This document shows positions 29,610-41,006 of a stretch of 64,000 nucleotides of DNA, piece after piece; position 1 is the stretch's first letter; each line of letters starts with the position of its first letter. The position numbers and the translations under genes were made by a program. This DNA is from Anaeromyxobacteraceae bacterium. Its GTDB lineage: Bacteria; Myxococcota; Myxococcia; Myxococcales; Anaeromyxobacteraceae. Location of the stretch: positions 352,001-416,000 of the forward strand of contig JASGHJ010000001.1 of the NCBI GenBank assembly GCA_047602405.1, in the 5' to 3' direction. Below the pieces are notes generated by a model, which made no database searches, was not told the origin of the DNA, and worked only from the letters and a program-made list of their open reading frames with translations.

Positions 29610-32232
29610 ATGCGACCGGAAAAGCTCACCGTGAAGGCCCAGGAGGCGCTCTCGGGTGCCCAGTCGGAGGCGCGGCGGCGCGACCACCAGGCGGTGGACG
29701 TGGAGCACCTCGTCCTCGCGCTCCTCGCGCAGCCCGAGGGCACCACCGGGCCCATCCTCGAGAAGATCGGCGCCCAGCCGTCGCTCGTGGCCTCGCGCCT
29801 CGAGGACGAGCTGCGCGGCGTGCCGAAGGTCCACGGCGCGGAGCCGTACCTCTCGAACCGCCTCGCGAAGCTGCTCGACCGCGCCGAGGACGAGGCGAAG
29901 AAGCTCAAGGACGAGTACGTCTCGACCGAGCACCTCCTCCTCGCCGCCGCCGCCGAGAAGGCCGGCGCGGGCGAGGCCCTGCGCGCCTCCGGCGCCACCG
30001 CCGACCGCGTCCGCGGCGCGCTGAAGGACGTCCGCGGCGGCGCGCGCGTCACCTCCCCGGAGGCGGAGAGCCAGTACCGCGCGCTCGAGAAGTACGCGAA
30101 GGACCTCACCGAGCTCGCGAAGGCCGGGAAGCTCGACCCGGTGGTGGGGCGTGACGACGAGATCCGGCGCGTGGTGCAGATCCTCTCCCGCCGCACGAAG
30201 AACAACCCGGTGCTCGTCGGCGACCCCGGCGTCGGCAAGACCGCCATCGTCGAGGGGCTCGCCCGCCGCATCGTCGACGGCGACGTGCCCGAGGGGCTCA
30301 AGGGGAAGCGCCTGCTCGCGCTCGACCTCGCCGCGATGGTGGCGGGCGCGAAGTACCGCGGGGAGTTCGAGGAGCGCCTGAAGGGCGTGCTCAAGGAGGT
30401 CGTCGCCTCCGAGGGGCAGATCATCCTCTTCATCGACGAGATGCACACCATCGTCGGCGCCGGCGCGGCCGAGGGCGCGATGGACGCGGGCAACATGCTG
30501 AAGCCCGCCCTCGCCCGCGGCGAGCTGCACGCCATCGGCGCGACCACCGTCGACGAGTACAGAAAGCACGTCGAGAAGGACCCCGCGCTCGAGCGCCGCT
30601 TCCAGCCGGTGTTCGTCGGCGAGCCGTCGCTCCCCGACACCATCTCGATCCTGCGCGGCCTCAAGGACCGCTACGAGCTCCACCACAAGGTGCGCATCCA
30701 GGACGCCGCGCTCGTGGACGCGGCGCGGCTCTCGCACCGCTACATCGCCGACCGGTTCCTCCCCGACAAGGCCATCGACCTCGTCGACGAGGCCGCCTCC
30801 CGCCTGCGCATCGAGATCGACTCGATGCCCACCGAGGTGGACGAGGTGCGCCGCCGCATCGCGCAGCTCGAGATCGAGCGCCAGGGCCTCAGGAAGGAGT
30901 CCGACGAGGCCTCCCGCGCCCGGCTCGCCGAGGCCGAGAAGGAGCTCGCCGCGCGGAACGAGGAGTTCACCCGGCTCGAGGCGCGCTGGAAGAGCGAGAA
31001 GGCCGCCATCCAGGAGCTCGCCGCCGCGAAGGCCGAGATCGACCAGCTCAAGCAGGAGGAGGCGCAGGCCGAGCGCGAGGCGAACTTCCAGAAGGCCGCC
31101 GAGATCAAGTTCGGCCGGATGCCCGACGTGCACAGGCGCGTCGCGGTCCTCCAGACGAAGCTCGCCGAGGTCCAGGCCGCCGGCGCCATGCTGAAGGAGG
31201 AGGTCACCCCGGAGGAGATCGCCGAGGTGGTCTCGAAGTGGACCGGCATCCCGGTCTCGCGCCTCATGGAGGGCGAGGTCGAGAAGCTCCTCTCGATGGA
31301 GGCGCGGCTCCAGGAGCGCGTCGTCGGCCAGGACGAGGCGGTGCAGGCCGTCTCGGCCGCGGTCCGCCGCGCCCGCTCGGGCCTGCAGGACCCGAACCGC
31401 CCCATCGGCTCGTTCATCTTCCTCGGCCCCACCGGCGTGGGGAAGACCGAGACCGCCCGCGCGCTCGCCGGGTTCCTGTTCGACGACGAGCAGGCGATGG
31501 TCCGCCTCGACATGTCCGAGTACATGGAGAAGCACGCCGTCTCCCGGCTCATCGGCGCGCCCCCCGGGTACGTCGGCTACGAGGAGGGCGGCCAGCTCAC
31601 CGAGGCGGTCCGCCGCCGGCCCTACGCGGTGATCCTCTTCGACGAGATCGAGAAGGCGCACCACGACGTCTTCAACGTGCTGCTCCAGAATCCTCGACGA
31701 CGGCCGGCTCACCGACGGCCAGGGCCGCACGGTCGACTTCCGGAACGCGGTCGTGATCATGACCTCCAACATCGGCTCCGCCGAGATCCAGCGCCTCGCC
31801 GGCCGCCCCGGCGCCGACGTCACCCAGATCCGCGAGGCCGCGCTCGAGCACCTCCGCGGCGAGTTCCGCCCGGAGTTCCTGAACCGCGTGGACGAGATCG
31901 TCGTGTTCCGCCCGCTCACCCGCGAGCACGTCGGCCGGATCGTCGAGATCCAGCTCGGCCGGCTGCGCAAGCTCCTCGAGGAGCGGCAGATCACGATCGA
32001 GCTCACCCCCGCCGCCCGCGAGGCGGTCGCGGACGCGGGCTACGACCCGGTCTACGGCGCCCGGCCGCTGAAGCGCGCCATCCAGCGGATGCTGCAGGAC
32101 CCGCTCGCGACGAAGCTGCTCCGGGGCGAGTTCAAGCCCGGCGACCACGTCCTCGTGGACGAGGGGGCCGACGGGAACATCGGGTTCGCGAAGGGCCGGC
32201 GGGCGGTGGAGGGCGACGTCGTCGTTCACTGA
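29610..32232 (+). CDS. clpB: ATP-dependent chaperone ClpB; one-base insertion at about 31690
   Basis: Two AAA+ modules ([31 protein letters not shown]) and a coiled-coil M domain. Removing one A in GAATC (31688-31692) restores [12 protein letters not shown] and joins ORF 31753..32232 (874 codons). Confidence 0.95.
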
Positions 32233-34400
32233 CCCGCGGCCACGAGCGACCGCGCCAGGAGCTCCCGCACGCGGTCGACGAGGACCTCCGGGGTGAACGG
32301 CTTCGTGAGCAGCTCGACGCCCTCCCCCAGCTCGCCACGCTGGGTGAGGGCGTCGCGGGTGTAGCCCGACAGGTAGAGGACGCGCAGCGCCGGGTGGCGG
32401 GCGCGCAGGGCGGCGGCGAGGTGCGGGCCGTCGATCCCCGGCATGACCACGTCGGTGACGACGAGGGCCACCTCCGCGACGTCGACCGGGGGGAGGGCCA
32501 GCGCCTCCTCGCCGGAGCCGGCCACCAGGACCCGGAACCCGGCGGCGCGCAGCGCGCGCTCCAGCACCCGCCGGACCGAGGCGTCGTCCTCGACGAGCAG
32601 GAGCGAGCGGCCCGCGCCGTCCGCCGTGGGGAGCATCCGGGCCGGAGCGGGTGGCGTCACCGGGCCCCGGGCGCGCGGTAGCCACAGGTCGAAGCGGGTG
32701 CCCTGCCCGGGCGCGCTCTCGACCGTCACGTGCGCGCCGTTCTGGCGGAGGATCCCGTAGACCGTGGCGAGGCCGAGCCCGGTCCCGGCGCCGGCGGGCT
32801 TCGTCGTGAAGAACGGCTCGAACAGGTGCGCGCGGACCTCCGGGGTCATCCCCTCCCCGGAGTCGGTCACCGTGAGCCGCACCCATTGCCCGCCCTCCGC
32901 GCCCTCCGGTGCCACCTCCGCGTTCGCGGCCGCGATGCGGAGGACGCCGCCGGCGGGCATCGCGTCGCGGGCGTTGGCCGCGAGGTTCATGAGCACCTGC
33001 TCGAGCTGGCCCGGATCGAGGCGTACCGGCCAGAGCCCGGCCGCCATCTCGAGCTCGACCCGGACGTCCTCGCCCACGAGGCGCCGCAGGAGCCGCTCGA
33101 TGGAGGCCATGGCCTGGCCGAGGTCCAGGACGACCGGGGCGATGATCTGCTTGCGCGCGAACGCCAGGAGGCGCCGCGTGAGATCGCCGGCGCGGCGGGC
33201 GGCCCCGAGGATCTCGTCGAGCTCCTCCTGCTGCCCCGTCGCGGCCGGCGGCGGCCCGTCTCGCAGGCTCCTCGCGCAGGCCTGGATGACGGTGAGGACG
33301 TTGTTGAAGTCGTGTGCGACGCCGCCCGCGAGGCGGCCGATGCTCTCGAGCCGCTGGGACTGGTGGAGCTGCTCCTCGAGCGTCCGCTGCTCGGTGATGT
33401 CGAGGAGCACGGCCACGCTGTCGGTCGGCGCCGCGCCCTCGCGCCAGAGCGCGGACACGGTCACGGTCCCCCACACCACCCGGCCGTCGGGGCGGAGGTA
33501 GCGCTTCGTGCGCGTGAAGGAGCGCGTCGCCCCCGCGCGCAGCGCCGCCGCGGCCTCGACGTCGCCGGCGAGGTCGTCGGGGTGGGTGAGCTCCTGCCAG
33601 CGCACGCCGAGGAGCTCCTCCGGGGACCGCCCGAGCACCTCCGCGAAGCGCGGGTTCACCCGCACGAACCGGCCCGTCGCGCCGTCGGTCTGGGCGACGC
33701 CGACCGCGGTCTGCTGGAAGAAGGTCCGGAAGACCGCCTCGCTCTCGGCGAGCTTCCGCTCGGCCGCCTTGCGCTCGGTGATGTCGCGCGCGCTGCCCAC
33801 GATCCCGACGATCTCGCCGTGCGCGTCCCTCACCGGCGCCTTCGTCGAGAGGAAGACCCGGGGCCCCTCCGGCGTGGCGATGATCTCCTCGACGGCCTCG
33901 GCGCGCCCGGTGGCCATGATGCGCCGGTCGGTGGCCATGAGCGCCTCGCCGATCGCCGGGTCGTCGTAGATCTCGACGTCGGTGCGCCCGAGGACCCGCG
34001 CCTCCGTCCGCCCGATCACCCGCAGCGTCGCCGGGTTCGCGAACTGCCAGCGGCCGTCCCGCGCCTTCAGGAACACGGGGTCGGCCACCGCGTCGGTGAC
34101 CGCGCGCAGGAGCGCCTCGCTCTCCTCGAGCCGCTCGCGCGCCTTGCGCTCCCGCCGCTGCACCCAGCGCATGCCGACGTGGAGGAGCACGGCGGTGAGC
34201 GCGACGAACGCGTAGCCCTTCCACATCGACCAGCGCGCGGCCTGCTCGACGGTGCTCGCGAGGAGCCCGACGGCCCGGTCGGAGAACGTGATCCAGAGCC
34301 CCGCGAGGACGACGTAGGCCGCCGGCAGCGTGAGCGTGGGACGCCTGCGGAGCGCGGCGAAGAGCCGCCATGGCTGCCTGGGATCGACCGGAGTGGACAT
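32226..34400 (-). CDS. Membrane hybrid sensor histidine kinase with two PAS domains and a receiver domain
   Basis: Two N-terminal TM helices; PAS/PAC segments ([13 protein letters not shown]); [30 protein letters not shown]; receiver LLVEDD...TDVVMP...KPF. Confidence 0.93.
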   Translation of the reverse strand: MSTPVDPRQPWRLFAALRRRPTLTLPAAYVVLAGLWITFSDRAVGLLASTVEQAARWSMWKGYAFVALTAVLLHVGMRWVQRRERKARERLEESEALLRAVTDAVADPVFLKARDGRWQFANPATLRVIGRTEARVLGRTDVEIYDDPAIGEALMATDRRIMATGRAEAVEEIIATPEGPRVFLSTKAPVRDAHGEIVGIVGSARDITERKAAERKLAESEAVFRTFFQQTAVGVAQTDGATGRFVRVNPRFAEVLGRSPEELLGVRWQELTHPDDLAGDVEAAAALRAGATRSFTRTKRYLRPDGRVVWGTVTVSALWREGAAPTDSVAVLLDITEQRTLEEQLHQSQRLESIGRLAGGVAHDFNNVLTVIQACARSLRDGPPPAATGQQEELDEILGAARRAGDLTRRLLAFARKQIIAPVVLDLGQAMASIERLLRRLVGEDVRVELEMAAGLWPVRLDPGQLEQVLMNLAANARDAMPAGGVLRIAAANAEVAPEGAEGGQWVRLTVTDSGEGMTPEVRAHLFEPFFTTKPAGAGTGLGLATVYGILRQNGAHVTVESAPGQGTRFDLWLPRARGPVTPPAPARMLPTADGAGRSLLLVEDDASVRRVLERALRAAGFRVLVAGSGEEALALPPVDVAEVALVVTDVVMPGIDGPHLAAALRARHPALRVLYLSGYTRDALTQRGELGEGVELLTKPFTPEVLVDRVRELLARSLVAAGQ

Positions 34401-34491
34401 CGAGGCGCGGGCCCCCGCGTGGACGATTCTCACGGCAGACGGCGCCCGCGGCAATGGTGGCGGCTGACGCGATGCGTCCAGCGCCGCGCCC

Positions 34492-35349
34492 TCACGCCCG
34501 CGGCGTCGGGTACGCGAGCAGGTCGACGTGCAGGAGCGGATCGTCCTTCGCGATGCGCGCCCAGCGCGCGAGCACGTCGTCGACGTCGGCGGCGAACTCG
34601 AGCGGCCCCTCGAACCGGATCACCGCGAAGCGGTAGCCGTCCGCGGCGAGCTGGTCGAGGTAGGTCCGGGGCGGCTCGTCGTTGTTCCGCTCGAGCGCCC
34701 ACGGGTGGAACTCGGTGAGGATGAGCGGGCGGTGCCGGCGGACGAGCCCCCGCATCCCGCGGAAGACCATCGGCTCGTGCGCCTCGACGTCCACCTTCAC
34801 CACGTCGATGCGCGGCTCGTCGCGCAGCACCTCGTCGAGCACCACCGCGTCGACCTCGTAGCAGTAGGTGGGGCGGCCGTCCGTCGAGGGCGCCGCGGCG
34901 GCCCGCTCGTTCACGACGCCGCCGTTCGTGCCGACCGTCACGAACTTCAGCCGTCCGGCGCGATCCGAGGCCGCGCACGGGTGGAGCGTCACGTTCCGGA
35001 ACCCGTTCACCGCCACGCTGGCGCGGACGAGCGCCTGGTTCTGCGGGTTCGGCTCGACCGCGATGACCTTGCCCGCGGGGCCGACCCGCCGCGCGCCGAG
35101 CAGGGTGAACACCCCGTGGTTCGCGCCCACGTCGAGCACCGTCGCGCCGGGGCGGACGATCGCCCGGAACACCGCGGTGACGTGGTGCTCGTAGCTGCGG
35201 GCGGCGATGATGGACCTGCCGATGTAGTCGTCGGGCAGGGCGTAGACGAGGACGTCCTCGAGCTCGACGAGCTGCTTCGTGTCGAGGTCGAAGACCCTGC
35301 CCCACATCTCCTCCGGGACGACCGGCGGCGACGCCACGTCTGCGCTCAT
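34492..35349 (-). CDS. FkbM family methyltransferase
   Basis: VLDVGANHG, VIAVEPNP, VKVDVEAHE; GAGGG RBS before MSADV. Confidence 0.9.
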   Translation of the reverse strand: MSADVASPPVVPEEMWGRVFDLDTKQLVELEDVLVYALPDDYIGRSIIAARSYEHHVTAVFRAIVRPGATVLDVGANHGVFTLLGARRVGPAGKVIAVEPNPQNQALVRASVAVNGFRNVTLHPCAASDRAGRLKFVTVGTNGGVVNERAAAAPSTDGRPTYCYEVDAVVLDEVLRDEPRIDVVKVDVEAHEPMVFRGMRGLVRRHRPLILTEFHPWALERNNDEPPRTYLDQLAADGYRFAVIRFEGPLEFAADVDDVLARWARIAKDDPLLHVDLLAYPTPRA

Positions 35350-35460
35350 GGGCAATCCCTCCCCGGCGTCAGCGAACCGTCGCTGCGCGACCGGCGAGGA
35401 CCCGTGGTGCACGCGGCCTGCCAGGGCGGGCGTCACGGGGCTGGCGGCGGCGGCCGCTCG

Positions 35461-35736
35461 CTACCCCGCCGTCACCAGCGCCTCCAGGTCCTCCGGCCGG
35501 AGCTCCTGCCGGCGGGCGAGCTCGGGGGCGCGCTCGAGCACGTCGAGCGCGCGGTCGAGGATCCGCGCGGCGTTCGCGCCGTCGCCGTGGAGGATGGACA
35601 CGTGCGCGGCGGCGAGCGCGCGCGCCCAGACCCCGTTGCACAGAGGGTGAAGCCCCTGGGGCCCGAACTCGGCCTCGATGGCCTTCAGGTGACGCGCCGC
35701 GACGGCGCGCTGCTCGTCGATGCGGGACCAGACCAC
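35461..35736 (-). CDS. Hypothetical protein (91 aa)
   Basis: Helical protein-like sequence with typical codon bias, filling the gap between co-oriented genes. Confidence 0.6.
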   Translation of the reverse strand: MVWSRIDEQRAVAARHLKAIEAEFGPQGLHPLCNGVWARALAAAHVSILHGDGANAARILDRALDVLERAPELARRQELRPEDLEALVTAG

Positions 35737-35780
35737 CCCGCTTCACTAGCCCGGCCTACCGGTCCGGGCCACCCGGGGCC

Positions 35781-36455
35781 TCACGACGCCCGGGCCGGGT
35801 TTTCCCCGAGTCCCGGGGCGTTCACCGTAGGTACTTGGTCCATCGATCGATCGTGCCCGCGTCCCCCGATCGGGAGGGCGATCGCCGCGCCGACGAGCGC
35901 GAGGAGCATGTCCCACTGCGCGTCCCAGGGGTCGCCCTGCGAGCCGAGGAACGCCGCGCCCTTCTCCGGTGAGACGCCGAGGGTCGTCCACCACTCGAGG
36001 AGCTCCCAGAAGGCGCCGATCGCGAGGATCACCGCGAGGAGGAGGAACACGAGCCAGCCGTCGCGGCGGAGCGGCGTCCTGCGCAGGAGGACCTCGCGCG
36101 CGAGGAAGACCGGGAACACGCCCAGCGCGAGGTGGCCGACGCGGTCGTAGGGGTTCCGCGCGAGGCCGAAGGTGTCGCGCGCCCAGTTGCCGAGCGGCGT
36201 CTCGGCGTAGGTGTAGATGCCGCCGTAGTTCAGCACGAGGACGTGCAGGAACATCCCCACGCACACCCAGTGCGAGAGCGGCATGCGCCGCCACGAGAGC
36301 GCGAACGCCCCGATCATCAGGAGCCCCGGCACGACCTCGAGCGCCCAGGAGAACACGCCGGCGGGCGCGAGCGCCGCCGAGACCGTCAGGATCGCGAGCA
36401 GCGCGCCGAGGAGCGCGAGGGGCAGCCGGGTGTGGCGGGCGAGGGCCGGGTCCAT
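35781..36455 (-). CDS. DUF2238 (YjdF-like) membrane protein; alternative start 36467
   Basis: WALE, YGGIYTYAETPLG, RNPYDRVGH, WELLEW, FLGSQGDPWDAQWDM. Confidence 0.9.
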   Translation of the reverse strand: MDPALARHTRLPLALLGALLAILTVSAALAPAGVFSWALEVVPGLLMIGAFALSWRRMPLSHWVCVGMFLHVLVLNYGGIYTYAETPLGNWARDTFGLARNPYDRVGHLALGVFPVFLAREVLLRRTPLRRDGWLVFLLLAVILAIGAFWELLEWWTTLGVSPEKGAAFLGSQGDPWDAQWDMLLALVGAAIALPIGGRGHDRSMDQVPTVNAPGLGENPARAS

Positions 36456-36475
36456 GCCGGTGAGCATGGCACGGA

Positions 36476-36529
36476 CCGGGCGCCCCTTCGACCTCGCCGC
36501 TCCGCGTGAGCGGAGTCGAAGGTGCCCGG
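36476..36529. repeat. REP-like intergenic hairpin
   Basis: CCGGGC..CCTTCGAC..CCGCTC-loop-GAGCGG-A-GTCGAAGG-TGCCCGG imperfect palindrome. Confidence 0.55.
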
Positions 36530-36575
36530 CGCGGCCGAGGCTCGCCGACGCTCCCACCGATGGGTGGGCGGGGGT

Positions 36576-39500
36576 CTACGCCGCCGCGCGCTCGATCTGC
36601 TTCGCGCCGCGGTCCTTCGCGATCAGCATGTAGATCGCCGGCACGAAGAACAGGGTGAATGCCGTGCCCATCGCCATGCCCGCGACCAGCACGAGCCCGA
36701 TGCTGTTGCGCGCGTGCGCGCCCGGCCCGCTCACGAGCGTGAGCGGGAAGTGCCCGCAGATGGTCGCCACGCTCGTCATCAGGATCGGGCGGAGGCGGGT
36801 GACCGCGGCCTGCTGCACCGCCTCGAGCTTCGCGAGCCCGTCCTCCTGGAGCTTGTTCGCGAACTCCACGATCAGGATGCCGTTCTTCGCGACGAGGCCG
36901 ACGAGGGTGACGAGCCCCACCTGCGAGTAGACGTTGAGCGTGGTCGTCCACCCGTCGGTGAAGAACGGCATGTTGGGGTTCGGCATCTTGAGGAAGGTGA
37001 GGACGAGCGCCCCGAACATGCCGAGCGGCACCGAGCCCGCGAGGATCACGAACGGGTCCCGGAAGCTGTTGAACTGCGCGGCGAGCACCAGGAAGATCAG
37101 GATGACCGCGAGCAGGAAGGCCGGCAGGAAGCGGTCGCCCTCGGTGCGCAGCTGGCGGGACTCGCCGGTGTAGTCGACGACGTAGCCGCGGGGGAGGATC
37201 TTCGCGCCCTCGTCCTCCAGGAAGCGGAGGGCCTGGTCGAGCGGCGCGATGGCCACGCCGGAGAGCTTGACCGCGTTGAGCTGCTGGAAGCGCGAGAGCG
37301 AGCGCGGGGTCACCGAGTCCCTGAGCTTCGCGATCGAGCCGAGCGCCACGAGCTGGCCGCCGGGGCCGGTGACGTGGATGTCCTTGAGCTGCTCCGGGTT
37401 GAGCCGCTCGGAGCGCACCACCTGCGGGATGACCTTGTAGCTGCGCCCCGCGACGCTGAAGCGGTTCACGAAGTTGCCGCCGACGGCCGCGGCGAGGTCC
37501 TGGCCCACGGTCGCGAGGTTGAGCCCGAGCTCGGCCACCTTCTCGCGGTCGATCTCGATCTCGGTCTGCGGCTGGTCGAGCTTGACGTCGATGAGCGGCG
37601 GGAAGGCGAAGAGCTTGCTCTCGATGGCCTTCGCCTGGAGCCGCTGGACGAACCCGAGGATCTCCTCGGTGTCGGCGGTGGAGGCGATGACCACCTCCAC
37701 CGGGAACGTGCCGCCGCCCGGCAGCGCCGGCGGCATGATCCCGAAGCTCTGCACCGCCGGCACGGTGGAGACCTTCGCCTGCACCTCCGGCGCGATCTGG
37801 AAGGCGGTCCGCTTGCGCTCCTCCCAGGGCTTGAAGCCCACGCCCCAGAAGCCGTTCGTCGGGAAGGTCACCTGGAAGGTGAACTCGGTCTCCGGGATGG
37901 TGAAGAGGCGCCGGTTGATCTCCTGGGTGGAGGGCACCACCTGGTCGATCGTCGAGTTGGCGGGCGTGTTCACCACCCCGAACATGAAGCCCTGGTCCTC
38001 GGTGGGCGCGAGCTCCTTCGGCGACTGCGTGAACATCGCCACCGCGAGGAGGCTGATCACGGCCCAGGCCACGTAGATGGGCTTGCGGGTCCCGAGGACC
38101 ACGCCGAGGTGGCGCGCGTAGATGGCCTTCAGCCGGTCGAAGCCGCGGTTGATGGCGCCCTCGAGGCCCCGGTCGGTGTGGCCGGCGCGCAGGAGCCGGG
38201 CCGACATGACCGGCGAGAGCGTGAGCGCCACGACGCCCGAGAGCAGCACCGCGCCGGCGAGGGTGAGCGCGAACTCCCGGAACAGCGAGCCGGTCAGGCC
38301 GCCCTGGAAGGCGATGGGCGTGTAGACCGCCGCGAGCGTGATGGTCATCGAGATGATGGGCCCGACGAGCTCGCGGGCGCCCATGAGCGCGGCGTCCACC
38401 GGCGTGCGCCCCTCGCGCAGGTGCCGCTCGACGTTCTCGACGACGACGATCGCGTCGTCCACCACGAGCCCCACCGAGAGCACGATGGCGAGCAGGGTGA
38501 GCAGGTTCACGGTGAACCCGAACGCCTGCATGAGGAAGACGGCGCCGATGAGCGAGACCGGGATCGCCACGACCGGCACGAGCACGGCCCGGAACGACCC
38601 GAGGAACAGGAAGATCACCAGCACGACGATGACCAGGGTCTCGGCGAGCGTCTGCTCCACCTCGGAGACCGCGTTCGAGATGTACTTCGTGCCGTCGAAG
38701 GCCACCCGGCCCTGGAGCTGCTCGGGGAGCTCCTTCTGCAGCGCCGCCATCTCCTCCGTCGCCTTCTTGATGACGTCGAGGGAGTTCGCGTTCGGCAGCG
38801 CCCACATGCCGATGAACACCGCGGTCTCGCCGCTCGCGTTCACGACCACGTCCTCGTCCTCGGCGCCGAGCACCACGTCCGCCACGTCGCCGAGCCGCAC
38901 CACCGCCCCGCCCTGCTCGCGCACCACGAGCTCGCGGAACTCCTTCACCGAGCGGAGGTCGGTGTTGGCGGCGAGGTTCACCTGGACGAGCTGCCCCTTC
39001 GTCTGCCCGACCGCGGCGAGGTAGTTGTTGGCGGCGAGCGCCTGGCGGACCTGCACCGGCGACACGCCCAGCGCCGACATCCGGTCCGGCTTGAGCCAGA
39101 TCCGCATCGCGAACGTGCGGCCGCCCAGGATGTCGGCGCGCTGCACGCCCTCGATGGCGGTGAGGCGCGGCTGCACCACACGGGTGAGGTAGTCGGTGAT
39201 CTCGTTCTGCTTCAGGAACTTGGAGGTGAAGGCGAGGTAGGCCGAGGCGAACTGGGAGTCGGCCGACTCGATGTTGAGGATCGGGATCTGGGCCTCGGGC
39301 GGGAGGTCCCCGCGGACCTGATCGACCTTCGAGCCGATCTCGGCGAGCGCCTTCTGCGCGTCGTGGTTGAGGCGCAGGCGGGCCTTGATGATCGAGAGGC
39401 CCTGCCGGCTCTCCGACTCGATGAAGTCGACGCCGTCGGCGGCGGCGATCACCCGCTCGAGCGGGGTGGTGATGAAGCCGCGCACGAGCTCGGCGTTGGC

Positions 39501-39659
39501 GCCGACGTAGACGGTGGTGACCGTGACCGAGGCGTTCTCGCTGCGCGGGTACTGCCGCACGTTCAGCGAGCGGACCGCCTGCAGGCCGGCGATGACGATG
39601 ACCAGGTTGACGACGACGGCCAGGACCGGCCGGCGGATGAAGAGATCGGTGAACCGCAC
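36576..39659 (-). CDS. RND efflux permease (MexW/MexI-like)
   Basis: FIRRPVLA, GLVVDDAIVVVEN, GLVAKNGILIVEFAN, RLRPILMT; 1027 aa. Confidence 0.95.
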   Translation of the reverse strand: MRFTDLFIRRPVLAVVVNLVIVIAGLQAVRSLNVRQYPRSENASVTVTTVYVGANAELVRGFITTPLERVIAAADGVDFIESESRQGLSIIKARLRLNHDAQKALAEIGSKVDQVRGDLPPEAQIPILNIESADSQFASAYLAFTSKFLKQNEITDYLTRVVQPRLTAIEGVQRADILGGRTFAMRIWLKPDRMSALGVSPVQVRQALAANNYLAAVGQTKGQLVQVNLAANTDLRSVKEFRELVVREQGGAVVRLGDVADVVLGAEDEDVVVNASGETAVFIGMWALPNANSLDVIKKATEEMAALQKELPEQLQGRVAFDGTKYISNAVSEVEQTLAETLVIVVLVIFLFLGSFRAVLVPVVAIPVSLIGAVFLMQAFGFTVNLLTLLAIVLSVGLVVDDAIVVVENVERHLREGRTPVDAALMGARELVGPIISMTITLAAVYTPIAFQGGLTGSLFREFALTLAGAVLLSGVVALTLSPVMSARLLRAGHTDRGLEGAINRGFDRLKAIYARHLGVVLGTRKPIYVAWAVISLLAVAMFTQSPKELAPTEDQGFMFGVVNTPANSTIDQVVPSTQEINRRLFTIPETEFTFQVTFPTNGFWGVGFKPWEERKRTAFQIAPEVQAKVSTVPAVQSFGIMPPALPGGGTFPVEVVIASTADTEEILGFVQRLQAKAIESKLFAFPPLIDVKLDQPQTEIEIDREKVAELGLNLATVGQDLAAAVGGNFVNRFSVAGRSYKVIPQVVRSERLNPEQLKDIHVTGPGGQLVALGSIAKLRDSVTPRSLSRFQQLNAVKLSGVAIAPLDQALRFLEDEGAKILPRGYVVDYTGESRQLRTEGDRFLPAFLLAVILIFLVLAAQFNSFRDPFVILAGSVPLGMFGALVLTFLKMPNPNMPFFTDGWTTTLNVYSQVGLVTLVGLVAKNGILIVEFANKLQEDGLAKLEAVQQAAVTRLRPILMTSVATICGHFPLTLVSGPGAHARNSIGLVLVAGMAMGTAFTLFFVPAIYMLIAKDRGAKQIERAAA

Positions 39660-39671
39660 GGTCGCGCCCCC

Positions 39672-40868
39672 CTACTTGTTCGCCGGACGGGGCGCGAGCT
39701 GGGCGGCGGGCGTGACGGACTCGCCCACCACCACCGCGGCGCCGTTGCGCAGCTTGAAGGCGCCGGTGGAGACGATCTCCTCGCCGGCCTTGAGCCCCTC
39801 GAGCACCGCGACGAAGTCGCCGCGCCGCTCGCCGAGGCGCACGAAGCGCTGGCGGGCCACGAGGGCGGGCTTCGGGGGGCCGGCGGCCTCCTTCCCTGGC
39901 GCGTCCTTCGCCGCGGGGGCCGTCGCGGGCGCGGCGTCGGCCGGGGGCTTCTCGAGCACGTAGACCGAGTCGCCGAACGGCGCGTAGAGCACGCTCGTCG
40001 CGGGCACCACCAGGACGTCGCGCGGCGAGCCGGAGAGCACCTCGACGTTCGCGAACATGCCCGGCCGCAGGCGCCCGTCCGCGTTCGCCACGGTGGCGCG
40101 CACCCGCACGTTGCGGGTGGCGGGGTCGACCTCGGGGTTGACGGTGGTGATGGCACCCTCCCAGGTCACGCCGGGGAAGACGTCGGAGTGGACGTGCACC
40201 CGCTGCCCCGCCGCGATCTCGGCGAGGGCCTGCTGCGGCAGCCAGAAGTCCGCGTGGATCGGGGTCACCGACTGGAGCGAGGCGATGGCCGCGCCGGCGG
40301 GGAGCACCTGGCCGAGCTCGACCTGGCGGATCGAGATGCGCCCGTCGAACGGGGCGCGGATGGTCTTCTTCGCGATGGTGGCCTCGAGCGCGGCCGCCTG
40401 CGCCGCCGCCGCCCGGGCCGACGCCTCGGCGGCGTCGAGGTCGGCGGGCGTGTTGGACCCGCCCGCGCGCAGCTCCCGGGCCCGCTTGAGGCTGAGCTCG
40501 GCGAGCGCGGCCTGCGCCCGGGCCGCCTCGAGCTGCGCGGCCTCGGCGGAGGTGTCGAGCCGGACGAGGGTCTGACCGCGGGTCACGGTCGAGCCCGACT
40601 CGAAGGTGATCTCGCGCACCAGCCCGGGCAGCTCCGCGCCGAGCGTCACCCCGCGCACCGCGACCAGGGTCGCCGTGGCGGTCCGCGCCGCCTGCCAGGG
40701 GGTGGTCTCCGCCTTCGCCGCGGTGACCGCCTCCGGCGGCGGGGCGAACGACTTGCCCGCCGCGATCATCTTGCCGATCTGGCCCGCCTTCGTGCCGACC
40801 AGGACGGCCACCACCACGAGGAGCCCGAGGATCACCCCGGCCCAGAGCCGCGCATTCGTCTTCGCCAT
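39672..40868 (-). CDS. RND periplasmic adaptor (membrane fusion protein)
   Basis: N-terminal TM helix; G.VREITFESG, IRAPFDG, LRPGMF, GLKAGEEIVSTG. Confidence 0.95.
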   Translation of the reverse strand: MAKTNARLWAGVILGLLVVVAVLVGTKAGQIGKMIAAGKSFAPPPEAVTAAKAETTPWQAARTATATLVAVRGVTLGAELPGLVREITFESGSTVTRGQTLVRLDTSAEAAQLEAARAQAALAELSLKRARELRAGGSNTPADLDAAEASARAAAAQAAALEATIAKKTIRAPFDGRISIRQVELGQVLPAGAAIASLQSVTPIHADFWLPQQALAEIAAGQRVHVHSDVFPGVTWEGAITTVNPEVDPATRNVRVRATVANADGRLRPGMFANVEVLSGSPRDVLVVPATSVLYAPFGDSVYVLEKPPADAAPATAPAAKDAPGKEAAGPPKPALVARQRFVRLGERRGDFVAVLEGLKAGEEIVSTGAFKLRNGAAVVVGESVTPAAQLAPRPANK

Positions 40869-41006
40869 GAGTGCGCGGTGGATTAGCGGGAACCGCGCGG
40901 CTTTCCCGTGAATCCGACCGGAGTGTCACCTCCGGGACGCCCGGACCATCCCCAGGGTCGGGGTGGCGGGCGTCTGGTCCCCCGGCGGTGGGAGTTCCCG
41001 CGGAGG

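Noticed and set aside
28077..32681. 1534-aa ClpB-containing ORF and 1205-aa ORF 28389..32006 containing the PKS
   Set aside because: The extensions are antisense shadows of the neighbouring divergent genes plus frameshift read-through. True genes are clpB 29610-32232 and PKS 28389 to about 29456.
34492..35349. FkbM methyltransferase as the missing methylase of the PKS operon
   Set aside because: It is separated by clpB and a kinase and belongs to a different family from the ICMT-type FtpB/SrsB; no evidence of linkage.
36576..40868. RND pump without an outer-membrane factor gene
   Set aside because: Common arrangement; a TolC-like channel is usually encoded elsewhere.
40870..41005. Hairpins upstream of the RND adaptor (e.g. 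CCGGAG-TGTCAC-CTCCGG) as a riboswitch or ncRNA
   Set aside because: No recognisable riboswitch consensus, and short GC hairpins arise by chance at this composition. An Rfam scan would be needed.
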